Source: Bacillota bacterium (GTDB lineage: Bacteria; Bacillota; Limnochordia; Darwinibacteriales; Darwinibacteriaceae). Taken from it: a stretch of DNA of 52,832 bases. Positions 38,264 through 47,500 of this stretch are shown in pieces. Positions within the stretch are counted from its first letter, which is position 1; each line of letters opens with the position of its first letter. Location: the NCBI GenBank assembly GCA_012518735.1, contig JAAYRO010000127.1, positions 1-52,832 on the forward strand. Direction: 5' to 3'. A program made the translations under genes and the position numbers. The notes below the pieces were generated by a model. That model was not told the DNA's origin, ran no database searches, and saw only the letters and a program-made list of their open reading frames with translations.

Positions 38264-39436
38264 TCATGGAATGGGCAGAAATCGGGCGATATTTTCCTCA
38301 ACCTCTACATAGAGATGAACACGAATTCCATTACCGTCCTCAATAGGATCCTCCTGAATTCGATACTGCCGGACTTGTTCTAGGTCTACACCTGTTCGAT
38401 CTAAATACGCCCAAGCCTTCGAAAGTGCTTCCTGGAGCGCCTCCTCACTTGAAATGGGGATTTCTGTATACTTCACTTCATAATGGTCTAATTTAGTAAC
38501 TCCTATGATGGGTTTCGAGCCATTTATTGGCAGCTTCCAGCACAGTGTTTCTGTTGAGTATTCTTTGTATGGAGGACCAAACCCTAAAGGAATGGTTAAT
38601 GGACCAATATGGATGAGAAGCTGTCTCTTGTGACCCCCTAGCCTTCTTGTCTCTAAACGACTCAACGATCCTTCAGCGAAGGACTCATACCATACTCGAG
38701 CGTGCACAGCACCTTCAGCACGTCCTACCTGCTTGCGACCCCAAGGATCGTAGTACTCACCGGAAATCAAGACTTCACCCTGCCGAACCGTATCTCCCTC
38801 TGTAACAAATGGAGTTCCCCGCAGGACGAATAGCTCAGTAATCAGCCCATCCCGCTCAGCCACAATATTACCAACTAGTGACAGCGCAGGTTCATAAATG
38901 CTCCGTTCCACTAATTCAATATGTACTTTTGTGCCCTGCAGACGAATACCAACCCAAGCCAGCATTTCAAACTGTGCCAAAAGCTTGTTTTCAAGACTCT
39001 TTGCTGAGAAGTCCTGTCTTTTTAGCCCTACATGTAACCCTTGGTCTACCACAAAATCTAAGACTTCATCAGTAGTAAGCTGTTCATTGCCGGTGACTTC
39101 AATGAACCATATGAAACTAGAAAGATACAAGATAATCAGACATACTATCCCCATCCCGAGAATGAAAAAAGCCCGTTGGCTCAATTTGTGAAAAGTAAAG
39201 GGCAGCCCCCGCCGATCGACAATGGCGGCACTTACTTCCCGATTCCACAATAGAGGGCGGAGTCTTCTGAACTGACGAACACCAATCCTCCCAATAACTA
39301 TGTCGGTAGTAAGCCGTTCTACACCCCAAAAGTTTATTCCATGTCGAGCAGCAAGGTCTAGGACCGTTTCTATATCCTGTCCTTTGAACCTAACCACCAA
39401 GTAGCCCGTAATCCACAACCATAGACGTATGATCAT
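38264..39436 (-). CDS. yqfD: sporulation protein YqfD
   Basis: 390 aa. The N-terminus (LWITGYLVVRFKG), a central TM helix and the position after yqfC are as in Bacillus and Clostridia. Confidence 0.9.
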   Translation of the reverse strand: MIIRLWLWITGYLVVRFKGQDIETVLDLAARHGINFWGVERLTTDIVIGRIGVRQFRRLRPLLWNREVSAAIVDRRGLPFTFHKLSQRAFFILGMGIVCLIILYLSSFIWFIEVTGNEQLTTDEVLDFVVDQGLHVGLKRQDFSAKSLENKLLAQFEMLAWVGIRLQGTKVHIELVERSIYEPALSLVGNIVAERDGLITELFVLRGTPFVTEGDTVRQGEVLISGEYYDPWGRKQVGRAEGAVHARVWYESFAEGSLSRLETRRLGGHKRQLLIHIGPLTIPLGFGPPYKEYSTETLCWKLPINGSKPIIGVTKLDHYEVKYTEIPISSEEALQEALSKAWAYLDRTGVDLEQVRQYRIQEDPIEDGNGIRVHLYVEVEENIARFLPIP

Positions 39437-39457
39437 GAATGCACACCCCGTTTTCCG

Positions 39458-39736
39458 TCATACCCATTCCACATGGTGTAAATGACCTGTGATTTTTATT
39501 TCATTTGATGAGAAGAACTGGATATGCAAGTTGTGACCTGTCACGACAATCACTCCTTGAAGTGATTTTGCCTTAATGCAGTCAGCAGTATATTGTACTA
39601 AACCTTTATGGTTCTCAATGAGAGCTTCCGTGCTGCCCACAACTGTAATTCTCGGATAATCCATTACTACTTCAGGAGGTAACTCCATTGTATTGGCAAT
39701 CTGCCGCATTATCTTCTCTCTAATTCCCAACCCCAT
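39458..39736 (-). CDS. yqfC: sporulation protein YqfC
   Basis: 92 aa. MELPPEVVMDYPRITVVGSTEALIENHKG is the YqfC/YabP-family signature. SD GAGGGGGGA is present. Confidence 0.88.
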   Translation of the reverse strand: MGLGIREKIMRQIANTMELPPEVVMDYPRITVVGSTEALIENHKGLVQYTADCIKAKSLQGVIVVTGHNLHIQFFSSNEIKITGHLHHVEWV

Positions 39737-39766
39737 TTTCGTCCCCCCTCACATAAACTTATGCGC

Positions 39767-39802
39767 ATAAAAAAAAGGTTAGACCCTGTTGGGTCCAACC
39801 TT
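39767..39802 (-). terminator. rho-independent terminator after the Gfo/Idh/MocA gene
   Basis: The minus strand reads AAGGUUGGACCC-AACA-GGGUCUAACCUU followed by U8. One G-U pair forms only on the minus-strand RNA. Confidence 0.8.
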
Positions 39803-39815
39803 CTCTTTTTGAAAC

Positions 39816-40919
39816 TTAATCGATTTTCCGACCGTCTTTGAAGTATACTGGCTTGCCAGTTCGGGCAGAATCATAAATTGCCTCAAGAATTTCTGTAACA
39901 ACCAAGGCCTGCTCGGGCAGGACAACTGGCTCTGTATCGTTAAGAATGCTTTCAATCCACAGCCGAGCTTCCCTCTCAGCATCGGTTTCACTCTTACCAT
40001 CAAAGAATGCTACGCCGCCAGTATGAAGGGCTGGTTTTTTAGTGAACAGTCTGCCGTACTCTTCACCATTGATTCGCAGACCATCTTCCATATCTGCACC
40101 ACCTTCAGTACCGCAGAGGATAGTTCGCCCCTCACCGTCAAGCAGAGTGTTTAGTGCCCAACTTGACTCTAGAATGACAGTTGCTCCATCTTCCATAACA
40201 ATAAATCCAAAAGCAGAGTCTTCTACTGTAAATTTCTTTGGATCCCACGGACCCCATGCATTTGCAGCATTTTCTCTCTTATTAAGCTTGTGGTAAATAG
40301 TACCGACAGCATACTTAGGACGATAATTATCCATCATCCACAGTGTTAAGTCAAGTGCGTGCGTACCTATATCAATCAAAGGACCGCCACCCTGCTTCTC
40401 CTTATCTAGGAAGACACCCCATGTAGGAACAGCTCTGCGGCGGATAGCTTTGGCTTTCGCCATGTAGATCTCACCCAATTCTCCCCGCCGGCAGGCCTCA
40501 TAGAGATATTGGCTATCATTCCGGAAGCGATTCTGATACCCAATGGACAGTTTCTTACCAGTCTTCTCTGCAGTCTCGACCATTAAGCGAGCTTCTGCAG
40601 CTGTCTTTGCCATGGGCTTTTCGCACATGACGTGCTTTCCAGCTTCTAGAGCCGCCACAGTAATCTCCGAGTGGGAATTGTTAGGGGTACAGACATGTAC
40701 CACATCGATAGAATCATCCTCAAGTAATTCTCTATAATCTAGATAGGTATCGGCACCTTCTACCCCATACTCAGCTGCCGCTTTAGTCGCTCTTTCCTCA
40801 ATAATATCACAAAACGCTACCATCTCAACCTGCGGAAGCTTTGCTAAACTAGGCATATGTTTTCCATTGGCAATGCCTCCACAACCAATAATACCTATTC
40901 GCAGTTTCTCCTGGCTCAT
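39816..40919 (-). CDS. Gfo/Idh/MocA family NAD(P)-dependent oxidoreductase
   Basis: Contains the LRIGIIGCGGIANGKH Rossmann motif and the EKPMA motif. ATG at 40919 follows GGAGGG. The track start at 40949 is an extension. Confidence 0.9.
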   Translation of the reverse strand: MSQEKLRIGIIGCGGIANGKHMPSLAKLPQVEMVAFCDIIEERATKAAAEYGVEGADTYLDYRELLEDDSIDVVHVCTPNNSHSEITVAALEAGKHVMCEKPMAKTAAEARLMVETAEKTGKKLSIGYQNRFRNDSQYLYEACRRGELGEIYMAKAKAIRRRAVPTWGVFLDKEKQGGGPLIDIGTHALDLTLWMMDNYRPKYAVGTIYHKLNKRENAANAWGPWDPKKFTVEDSAFGFIVMEDGATVILESSWALNTLLDGEGRTILCGTEGGADMEDGLRINGEEYGRLFTKKPALHTGGVAFFDGKSETDAEREARLWIESILNDTEPVVLPEQALVVTEILEAIYDSARTGKPVYFKDGRKID

Positions 40920-40974
40920 TTCCCAATCCCTCCATAGCATTTTTCTCATTTGAGATCTGCTTAATCCTTTAAAT

Positions 40975-41003
40975 ATTATACTGTATTAAAAAGATGTTCT
41001 CAA
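40975..41003 (-). promoter_or_regulatory. sigma-A type promoter of the Gfo/Idh/MocA gene
   Basis: The minus strand reads TTGAGA (41003..40998), a 17-nt spacer, then TATAAT (40980..40975). Confidence 0.6.
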
Positions 41004-41015
41004 GGTAAATTGTTG

Positions 41016-41375
41016 TTACCTAATTGGCCATGGCCGCTTAGAGCGCGGTTCTCGAATCACTTCAGACATTATGACAGCTTGGGCCAACCGACTAGGTTCA
41101 GTCATCCAACGGGGAATACGCACTTGTGCTGCCTTCTCTGCCTTAAGAGGTTCCCAATCATCGTCCAGGATTGATTCGTCTTCATAATCGTCATCCATGG
41201 AGTCGGCTTCCATTATGGACACCGGCTCCATCTCAGGTTGAGGCGCCTCTACACTAACCCTTTTTGGACTAGACCCTTTTTTCGGTTGATCCTTAGAAGC
41301 CATACTCTGGATAAGGGCACCCAAAACAGCCATGATAATGTAAATGATTACTCCTATTGGAACAATGAATTCCAC
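41016..41375 (-). CDS. small membrane protein, YqfB-position hypothetical
   Basis: 119 aa with an N-terminal TM helix, an acidic middle and a C-terminal LAQAVIMSEVIREPRSKRPW motif. It occupies the slot after floA, as yqfB does in B. subtilis. Confidence 0.6.
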   Translation of the reverse strand: MEFIVPIGVIIYIIMAVLGALIQSMASKDQPKKGSSPKRVSVEAPQPEMEPVSIMEADSMDDDYEDESILDDDWEPLKAEKAAQVRIPRWMTEPSRLAQAVIMSEVIREPRSKRPWPIR

Positions 41376-41383
41376 ATTATCAC

Positions 41384-42376
41384 CTACTTAGGCTCGTCTT
41401 GGCCAGGTTTAGATTCAGTACTCTCTTTTCCAATGCTTTCCCGCATACGAGTATCTGCCATGATATTCTGCATATTGTAGTAATCCATAACTCCTAATTT
41501 CCCTTCGCGTAAAGCTTCCGCTAACGCCCGAGGTACTTCAGCTTCTGCCTCTACTACATGCGCGCGCATTTCTTGGACTTGAGCCTTCATTTCCTGTTCA
41601 CGAGCCTGTGCTGCGAAACGTCTTTCAGCAGCTTTGGCCTGTGCAATATTCTTATCGGCCTCGGCCTGATCCATCTGTAAACGAGCTCCAATATTCCGCC
41701 CTACATCAACATCGGCAATATCAATAGAAAGAATCTCAAAAGCGGTACCAGAGTCAAGACCCTTGGCCAACACCATCCGGGAGATCTTATCTGGATTCTC
41801 CAAGACTTCTGCATGACTCTCACTTGAACCGACTGTTGTAACAATACCTTCACCAACACGGGCAATAATGGTAGCTTCGCCTGCTCCACCTACCAGCCGA
41901 TCAATATTGGCACGTACCGTAACTCGAGCTTTTGCCTTCAATTCGATACCGTCTTTTGCAACAGCCGAAATCAGCGGTGTCTCAATCACTTTTGGATTTA
42001 CACTCATTTGCACTGCTTCCAGTACATTACGACCAGCCAAATCAATGGCCGCTGCCCTCTCAAACGTTAAGGCTATATCGGCTCGATGTGCTGCAATGAG
42101 AGCGTCCACAACGTTATCTACATTACCTCCTGCTAAGAAGTGGGCTTCTAACTTATCAATGGTTGTTTCCACTCCACCTTTTTGCGCCTTAATAAAGGGC
42201 AGTATAATTCGGGCAGGGGCAACACGACGCAGACGCATACCGATCAAGGTAATGAGCCCAACATCTACACCAGCTGCAATCGCTGAAATCCATAGTCCGA
42301 CTGGAACAAAACTAAAGAACAGAACAATCACGATTATCAGCAGCAGAAGCGGCAGCCCAGCAAAAAACAATGACAT
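41384..42376 (-). CDS. floA: flotillin-like protein FloA (YqfA)
   Basis: Has an N-terminal hairpin TM, an SPFH domain and an Ala/Glu-rich coiled coil ([27 protein letters not shown]). The refined ATG at 42376 has GGGAGG 7 nt upstream. The track ATG at 42382 is 1 nt from the SD. Confidence 0.92.
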   Translation of the reverse strand: MSLFFAGLPLLLLIIVIVLFFSFVPVGLWISAIAAGVDVGLITLIGMRLRRVAPARIILPFIKAQKGGVETTIDKLEAHFLAGGNVDNVVDALIAAHRADIALTFERAAAIDLAGRNVLEAVQMSVNPKVIETPLISAVAKDGIELKAKARVTVRANIDRLVGGAGEATIIARVGEGIVTTVGSSESHAEVLENPDKISRMVLAKGLDSGTAFEILSIDIADVDVGRNIGARLQMDQAEADKNIAQAKAAERRFAAQAREQEMKAQVQEMRAHVVEAEAEVPRALAEALREGKLGVMDYYNMQNIMADTRMRESIGKESTESKPGQDEPK

Positions 42377-42405
42377 ATTCATACCTCCCGTTTCTTAACT
42401 ATCTC

Positions 42406-43692
42406 TTAGGATAATTCACGAACCACTATCCGAGTTCCTTCAACGGTAATGACCTTTACTATAGAATTAGCGCTCACAAACCCTCCCTCACTTACTACAT
42501 CATAGCGTTCACCATCAATAACAGCCGTACCAGAAGGTCGCAAAGGAGTGAGGGCAGTACCCTCCTTACCCACCAATTCCTTGGATATATCGGGCGTTCC
42601 TCTGTAACCCTCTTCTTTCGACTCAGTGTGAGAAAGAATTAAGCGCTGCCAAAATTTTGATTTCTTAATTCGCTTCCATAGTAGAGCAATAGCTACTATA
42701 CTGACAGCAAGAGCAATAAACAGACTCGTTAATGCTGCCTGCAAATTACCAAAAACCAAGATGATACTGGTAATAATCCCTATAATGCCTAATATCCCTG
42801 CCAAACCAAAGCCAGGTATGACAAAAATCTCAAGTCCTAAGAGCAAGAGACTTAAGATAAACAAACCGATTTCTTCAAAGCCTGCTAATCCAGTTATGTA
42901 ACGACCACCGAAAAAGAGCAGGAGGGCAATGATTCCGCCCGTTCCAGGTACTCCCCATCCTGGACTTGTAATCTCAAAAATAAGTCCTAGAAAACCTAAA
43001 GTTAAGAGGAGAGAACTAACGGTCGAATTAGTCAAGAATCGAGCTATTCTCTCTGCCCAATGTGGTGTTAGTTGCACCAACTCGTAGTCATCATAACCAA
43101 AATAAAGCAGAACGCTCTGCCAGTTAGCAGCAACAAGATCTGCGTATCCGTGATCCAGAGCCTCTCTAGCAGATAAAGTCAATATCTTGCCTTTCTCTAC
43201 TAATCCCTCAATAGCCACATCTGCATCGACCATGGCCGCCGCAATTTTCTTATCCCGTCCCATACTCTCTGCAGTCGATTCAAACTCGGCTCTCAGAGCT
43301 GATACCGTTTTTTCATCCATGGGCCGTGGCTCAGCAGCACCTATGCTGCTTCCTGGTGCCATAGCGATTCGTGGAGCAGCCAAAGCAATAAGAGCACCAG
43401 CAGACCATGCTCGCTCACTCACATAGGCAATAACAGGCACTTTTGCTCGAACAAGCATATCCTTAATCTCAGTGGCCGCATCCACTCGTCCTCCAAAGGT
43501 GTTTATTTCAATCAGGACAACACCATTTTCTCTTTCTGCTGTCGCAAGTGCCCGTGCCACAAAGTCAGCTAAACCAGGTTCAATTTCTCCCTGAATCGGG
43601 ATTGAATAGACTACCTGTGCAGCAGATACTGTACTAGAAAGGAGAGCCACCATCAGCACAGCAATTAGGACCTTCCGCTCCATTCGCTTCAT
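42406..43692 (-). CDS. nfeD: NfeD family membrane protease/scaffold (YqeZ)
   Basis: Has a signal/TM segment, a ClpP-fold domain (INTFGGRVDAA...SAGALIA), multiple TM helices and a C-terminal OB-fold NfeD domain (GTAVIDGERYDVVSEGGFV). ATG at 43692. The track TTG at 43710 lies inside the rpsU terminator. Confidence 0.88.
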   Translation of the reverse strand: MKRMERKVLIAVLMVALLSSTVSAAQVVYSIPIQGEIEPGLADFVARALATAERENGVVLIEINTFGGRVDAATEIKDMLVRAKVPVIAYVSERAWSAGALIALAAPRIAMAPGSSIGAAEPRPMDEKTVSALRAEFESTAESMGRDKKIAAAMVDADVAIEGLVEKGKILTLSAREALDHGYADLVAANWQSVLLYFGYDDYELVQLTPHWAERIARFLTNSTVSSLLLTLGFLGLIFEITSPGWGVPGTGGIIALLLFFGGRYITGLAGFEEIGLFILSLLLLGLEIFVIPGFGLAGILGIIGIITSIILVFGNLQAALTSLFIALAVSIVAIALLWKRIKKSKFWQRLILSHTESKEEGYRGTPDISKELVGKEGTALTPLRPSGTAVIDGERYDVVSEGGFVSANSIVKVITVEGTRIVVRELS

Positions 43693-43708
43693 TATTCCAC
43701 CCACTCTC

Positions 43709-43741
43709 AAAAAAGGCTCGACATCACAAAGACATCGAGCC
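43709..43741 (-). terminator. rho-independent terminator after rpsU
   Basis: The minus strand reads GGCUCGAUGUC-UUUGU-GAUGUCGAGCC (11 bp including two G-U pairs that form only on this strand) followed by U6. Confidence 0.8.
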
Positions 43742-43752
43742 CCTTATAGTAC

Positions 43753-43929
43753 TTACCGATATTTTCTCTTCCGTGCCGCTTCGGATTTCTTTTTTCTCCT
43801 CACACTTGGTTTCTCGTAGTGTTCCCGTTTTCTTGCTTCGGATAACACACCAGACATCCGAATTTGCTTTTTGAAGCGACGCAAAGCATTATCGAGGGAC
43901 TCATTCTTACCTACTTTTACTTCTGCCAC
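43753..43929 (-). CDS. rpsU: 30S ribosomal protein S21
   Basis: Contains [18 protein letters not shown] and a basic C-terminus. The refined GTG at 43929 follows GGAGGGAGGG. The track ATG at 43947 is part of that SD. Confidence 0.95.
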   Translation of the reverse strand: MAEVKVGKNESLDNALRRFKKQIRMSGVLSEARKREHYEKPSVRRKKKSEAARKRKYR

Positions 43930-44008
43930 TAGTATCCCTCCCTCCAATGCCGACTACCTGTGAATGATTAAAAAAACAGACACAGTCCTCTGCATGATAT
44001 CCTAGTTT

Positions 44009-44037
44009 ATTATAATCGAAAATAAACATATGGTCAA
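44009..44037 (-). promoter_or_regulatory. sigma-A type promoter of rpsU
   Basis: The minus strand reads TTGACC (44037..44032), a 17-nt spacer, then TATAAT (44014..44009). Confidence 0.65.
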
Positions 44038-44055
44038 TCATATCTCACAACCCGT

Positions 44056-44400
44056 CTAGCCAGGCGGCCACTTAAGAGAACGACCACCTAAAAGATGGAA
44101 GTGAAGATGTTTTACTGTCTGTCCAGCTTGCGAACCAGTATTCACCACTACTCGATAACCTTGATCTAACTGTTCCTTTTCAGCTAAATCCCGAATCGCG
44201 AGCATGATTTCTCCTACAATCCCTTGGTCATCGTCCTCCAAAGCAGAAATGCTGGTAATGTGTTTCTTAGGGATGACAAGGAGATGGGTAGGTGCTTCCG
44301 GGTTAATATCCTGGAAAGCCACAACATGTTCTGTCTCCAAAAGGAACTCTGTTGGGATTTCCTGTGATACAATTTTACAAAATACACAGTCTCCAGCCAT
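44056..44400 (-). CDS. HIT family (histidine triad) nucleotide hydrolase
   Basis: Contains CVFCKI and the HLHFHLLGG triad. ATG at 44400 follows GGAGGGGGG. The track start at 44427 is an extension. Confidence 0.92.
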   Translation of the reverse strand: MAGDCVFCKIVSQEIPTEFLLETEHVVAFQDINPEAPTHLLVIPKKHITSISALEDDDQGIVGEIMLAIRDLAEKEQLDQGYRVVVNTGSQAGQTVKHLHFHLLGGRSLKWPPG

Positions 44401-44446
44401 ATGGGACACCCCCCTCCACATCATCATGGCATACTATAACGAACAC

Positions 44447-45757
44447 TTAGACACATTCACCTAGAATTCCTTGTTTATCTGCCTTAATCGCTCGAATGGG
44501 AATGATTTGACCCACCAATTCTTCTCCATATGAAGTAGGAAAGACTGAGCGAATATAAGTATTGGTCAAACCTTCAGCCATGCCATCTCTCACTTCTTCC
44601 ACCAAGACATACACGGTTTTCCCAAGGAAAAGGCGATGATAGTCTTGGGCCATTGAATGACCCAGTTTGATTAGACGCTTGCTGCGGATATTCTTTACCT
44701 TGTTGGGTATCTGTTGGGGAAAGGACGCTGCGGGAGTTCCTTCCCGTTTCGAATATTTGAAAACATGTAAACGGCTGAATCCCATCTCCTCAGCAAATTC
44801 CATGGTTTCGAGGAAATCCTGTTCCGTTTCCCCTGGAAATCCCACAATAATGTCAGTGGTCACAGCTAACTCTGGTACCTCAGCTCGTACCTTTTCTACA
44901 ATCTCTCGATATTCCCCTGTAGTATAACTTCGACGCATACGCTCCAAAATCCGATCACTACCGCTCTGTAAGGGAATATGTAAATGCTCACAAACAACAG
45001 GATTATTAGCTACCAGCTCTAGTAACTGATCAGTAATCTCGTGAGGCTCAATAGAACCTAAGCGCAGCCGTAAAACACCTGGAATATCAGCAATCTGCTG
45101 AATAATTGATTCTAGTGTAACAGGGGGATTTAGGTCTCGCCCATAAAGACCCAAGTGAATTCCCGTTAACACTATCTCCTTAAACCCACCACGAACAACG
45201 CTTTCTACGTGGTCAATAACATTCTGTGGATGACGGCTTCGAGAACGGCCTCTCGCATATGGAACGCGGCAATAGGAACAAAACTGATTGCAGCCATCCT
45301 GTATTTTGATGACCGCCCGGGTCCGACCGGCAAAATCAGTAACAGATAGTTCTTCGAAGTCACGGACAGCGAAAATGTCTTCTACTAGTGACTCCCTCTG
45401 TGTTATCTCGAGTGACTCAACTAACTCCAAAATTCGACCCCGCTGATCCGTACCAACGATCAAATTAACTCCTTCAATTTCGCCCACTTCTTCTGGAGAT
45501 GTTTGGGCTAAGCAGCCCATAACTACTACTTTCGCAGAAGGATTATTTCGGTAAGCTCGGCGGATCATTTGGCGCGATTTTCGATCACCCATATTCGTAA
45601 CGGTACATGTATTAATTATGTATACATCCGCTTTCTCGTCGAAATCTACAACTGTGTATCCTGCCTCAAGAAATTGGGTCAAAACTGCATCTGTATCATA
45701 TTGATTTACCTTACATCCCAAAGTAGCAACAGCTAGAGTTTTTGATCGTATGTTCAT
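44447..45757 (-). CDS. mtaB: tRNA t6A37 methylthiotransferase MtaB (radical SAM MTTase)
   Basis: Has the N-terminal UPF0004 Cys triad (GCKVN, NTCTVT, GCLAQ), the radical SAM motif CNQFCSYCRVPYARG and a TRAM domain. The ATG at 45757 overlaps the rsmE stop (ATGA). Confidence 0.93.
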   Translation of the reverse strand: MNIRSKTLAVATLGCKVNQYDTDAVLTQFLEAGYTVVDFDEKADVYIINTCTVTNMGDRKSRQMIRRAYRNNPSAKVVVMGCLAQTSPEEVGEIEGVNLIVGTDQRGRILELVESLEITQRESLVEDIFAVRDFEELSVTDFAGRTRAVIKIQDGCNQFCSYCRVPYARGRSRSRHPQNVIDHVESVVRGGFKEIVLTGIHLGLYGRDLNPPVTLESIIQQIADIPGVLRLRLGSIEPHEITDQLLELVANNPVVCEHLHIPLQSGSDRILERMRRSYTTGEYREIVEKVRAEVPELAVTTDIIVGFPGETEQDFLETMEFAEEMGFSRLHVFKYSKREGTPAASFPQQIPNKVKNIRSKRLIKLGHSMAQDYHRLFLGKTVYVLVEEVRDGMAEGLTNTYIRSVFPTSYGEELVGQIIPIRAIKADKQGILGECV

Positions 45758-46500
45758 GCTAAATCCCCCCAACGATAGCCTACCAGACTGAGAGCAACTA
45801 GACCAGCAGTCTCAGTACGCAGAATACGTGGTCCTAGAGTAATGACATGGGCACCCCGCTCCACAACCTCTGCAACTTCTGTGGGATGAAACCCACCTTC
45901 AGGACCAATTAGAACTGAAACAGCCTTTGGCTGAGAACATTCAATGTCCTGCAGCCGAACTTGTTTCTCATGCTCATAGGGGATAAGAATTAACTCCCCC
46001 GCGGCCCTATGGATCTCCAAACGTTCAAGGAGACCGCTGAATTCAACCAAAGGCTGTACAATAGGGAGGCGAGCCCTTTTTGACTGTTTGGCAGCCTCGC
46101 GAGCAATGCGTTCCCACCGCTGAAGACGTCTTTTCTGCTGTGCCTGATTTAACTTAACAACCGTGTATCGTGACGTATAAGGAACAATCTCCGAAATCCC
46201 TAATTCGACAGCTTTCTGAATGGTAAAATCCATTTTGTCACCCTTGGCTAGTCCCTGATATAGTCGAGTTATTATTGGAGATTCCTCACTAGAGAGATAA
46301 CTGTCAACGATAATTCCTTCTACCAAGTCACCTTCTACACGAGTTAAACGAACAACATGAATCTCACCTGTACCCGGTGCACATTCAATTTCATCCCCTA
46401 TCTTGAGGCGCAAGACTCGGGAAATGTGGTGAGCGTCCTCACCTGTAATTCTCACAGATTCGCTTCTTAAATACTCTTGTTCCAAAAAGAATCTCGCCAC
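45754..46500 (-). CDS. rsmE: 16S rRNA (uracil1498-N3)-methyltransferase RsmE
   Basis: Contains ARFFLEQE..., HHISRVLRLK and the GPEGGF SPOUT motif. The refined GTG at 46500 follows AAGGAG. The track start at 46572 runs into prmA. Confidence 0.92.
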   Translation of the reverse strand: MARFFLEQEYLRSESVRITGEDAHHISRVLRLKIGDEIECAPGTGEIHVVRLTRVEGDLVEGIIVDSYLSSEESPIITRLYQGLAKGDKMDFTIQKAVELGISEIVPYTSRYTVVKLNQAQQKRRLQRWERIAREAAKQSKRARLPIVQPLVEFSGLLERLEIHRAAGELILIPYEHEKQVRLQDIECSQPKAVSVLIGPEGGFHPTEVAEVVERGAHVITLGPRILRTETAGLVALSLVGYRWGDLA

Positions 46501-46504
46501 AGTC

Positions 46505-47434
46505 TTACTCCTTTTGAAAAATATATCCAACCCATTCCTGCTGGTGCTCACGGGCAGCGACATTAAACCCAAGCTCCGAAGCTAGTGCTTCAACATCCCC
46601 AGCTCTCTCCTGAATCACCCCTGCTGCTATAAACTTACCTCCGTCTTCCAATAGGCGGTAAATCTCAGGAAGCAGCTGTATGATCACATCGGCAATAATA
46701 TTAGCCATCACAACAGTGGGCCGCCCTGTTAAATGTTCAATACTCCCCTGAAATACTGGGAATTGAACCTGGTTCAGATCCCGATTATCCTGTGCAGTTT
46801 TGACAGCCACAGGATCTATGTCTACAGCTTGAACCTCTGCCCCTAACTTAGCTGCTATGATAGACAAAATTCCCGAACCTGTTCCTACATCCCAAACGGT
46901 CTCGTCTTTCAGATCCAACTCTTGAAGGAATGCAATACACATTCCTGTACTAGGATGGGTACCTGTCCCAAACGCCATACCCGGATCTAAACGAACAACA
47001 ATATCATCTGGCTTGATTTCAACATCGGAACAATCCTGTTCCCACGAAGGCTGAATGACAACCTGGCCATTACGTTCTGTATGATAGTACGCTTTCCAAG
47101 CATTGGCCCAATCCCTTTCGTGAACGTATCGAACCGATACTTCGACCTGACCTGGATTAAGCTCAAACGCCTCTAGGTCCTGTAAGCGTTTGCGAATTAC
47201 TTCAAGCTCATCAGAAGAGCGATGCTCTGGGAAATAACAGACAATCACCACTTGTTCAGAGGAGACCGTCTCTGGAAAATAATCACCCCAACCTTGTTCT
47301 CTAGCAAGGTCCACTAAAGAAGCATCTTCCACAACCACATTGGAAATTCCTAGCTGATCTAAAACAGCGTATGCTGCTTCCGCCGCTTCCCGATTGATAG
47401 AAATCTTTACTTCCTGCCACGTGTCCACGCTCAT
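46505..47434 (-). CDS. prmA: ribosomal protein L11 methyltransferase
   Basis: Contains DPGMAFGTGTHPST and the VWDVGTGSGILSI SAM motif. ATG at 47434 follows AGGGAG. The track extension to 47488 covers the dnaJ terminator. Confidence 0.94.
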   Translation of the reverse strand: MSVDTWQEVKISINREAAEAAYAVLDQLGISNVVVEDASLVDLAREQGWGDYFPETVSSEQVVIVCYFPEHRSSDELEVIRKRLQDLEAFELNPGQVEVSVRYVHERDWANAWKAYYHTERNGQVVIQPSWEQDCSDVEIKPDDIVVRLDPGMAFGTGTHPSTGMCIAFLQELDLKDETVWDVGTGSGILSIIAAKLGAEVQAVDIDPVAVKTAQDNRDLNQVQFPVFQGSIEHLTGRPTVVMANIIADVIIQLLPEIYRLLEDGGKFIAAGVIQERAGDVEALASELGFNVAAREHQQEWVGYIFQKE

Positions 47435-47448
47435 CGCTCCCTTGTATT

Positions 47449-47486
47449 GGAAAACCAAAAGCTGCCCCGTTTCATTACAGGGCAGC
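47449..47486 (-). terminator. rho-independent terminator after dnaJ
   Basis: The minus strand reads GCUGCCC-12 nt loop-GGGCAGC followed by UUUUGGUUUU. Confidence 0.6.
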
Positions 47487-47500
47487 ACTATAACTTGTTA

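Noticed and set aside
39737-39766. Possible sigma-E sporulation promoter upstream of yqfC (CATAAGTT as a -10-like element)
   Set aside because: Only the -10 resembles the CATACA-T consensus. The expected -35 (ATATT-like) at a 13-14 nt spacing is replaced by the U-tract of the preceding terminator, so support is insufficient.
41868-42398. 176-aa ORF on the + strand, antisense to floA
   Set aside because: It is entirely inside the well-supported floA gene and has no SD. Its Ala/Ser/Thr/Arg-rich composition is typical of the mirror frame of a biased coding strand, and I recognise no motif.
43930-43947. Upstream ATG/GTG/TTG starts given by the ORF track for rpsU, and similarly for cdd, era, floA, HIT, grpE, hrcA, prmA, rsmE, rarA, recJ, ybeY, dgkA, nfeD, secD, the HD protein and the Gfo oxidoreductase
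   Set aside because: In each case the upstream codon lies inside or within 0-2 nt of the real Shine-Dalgarno, or upstream of a promoter or terminator. A properly spaced SD and start lies downstream and gives an N-terminus matching the family.
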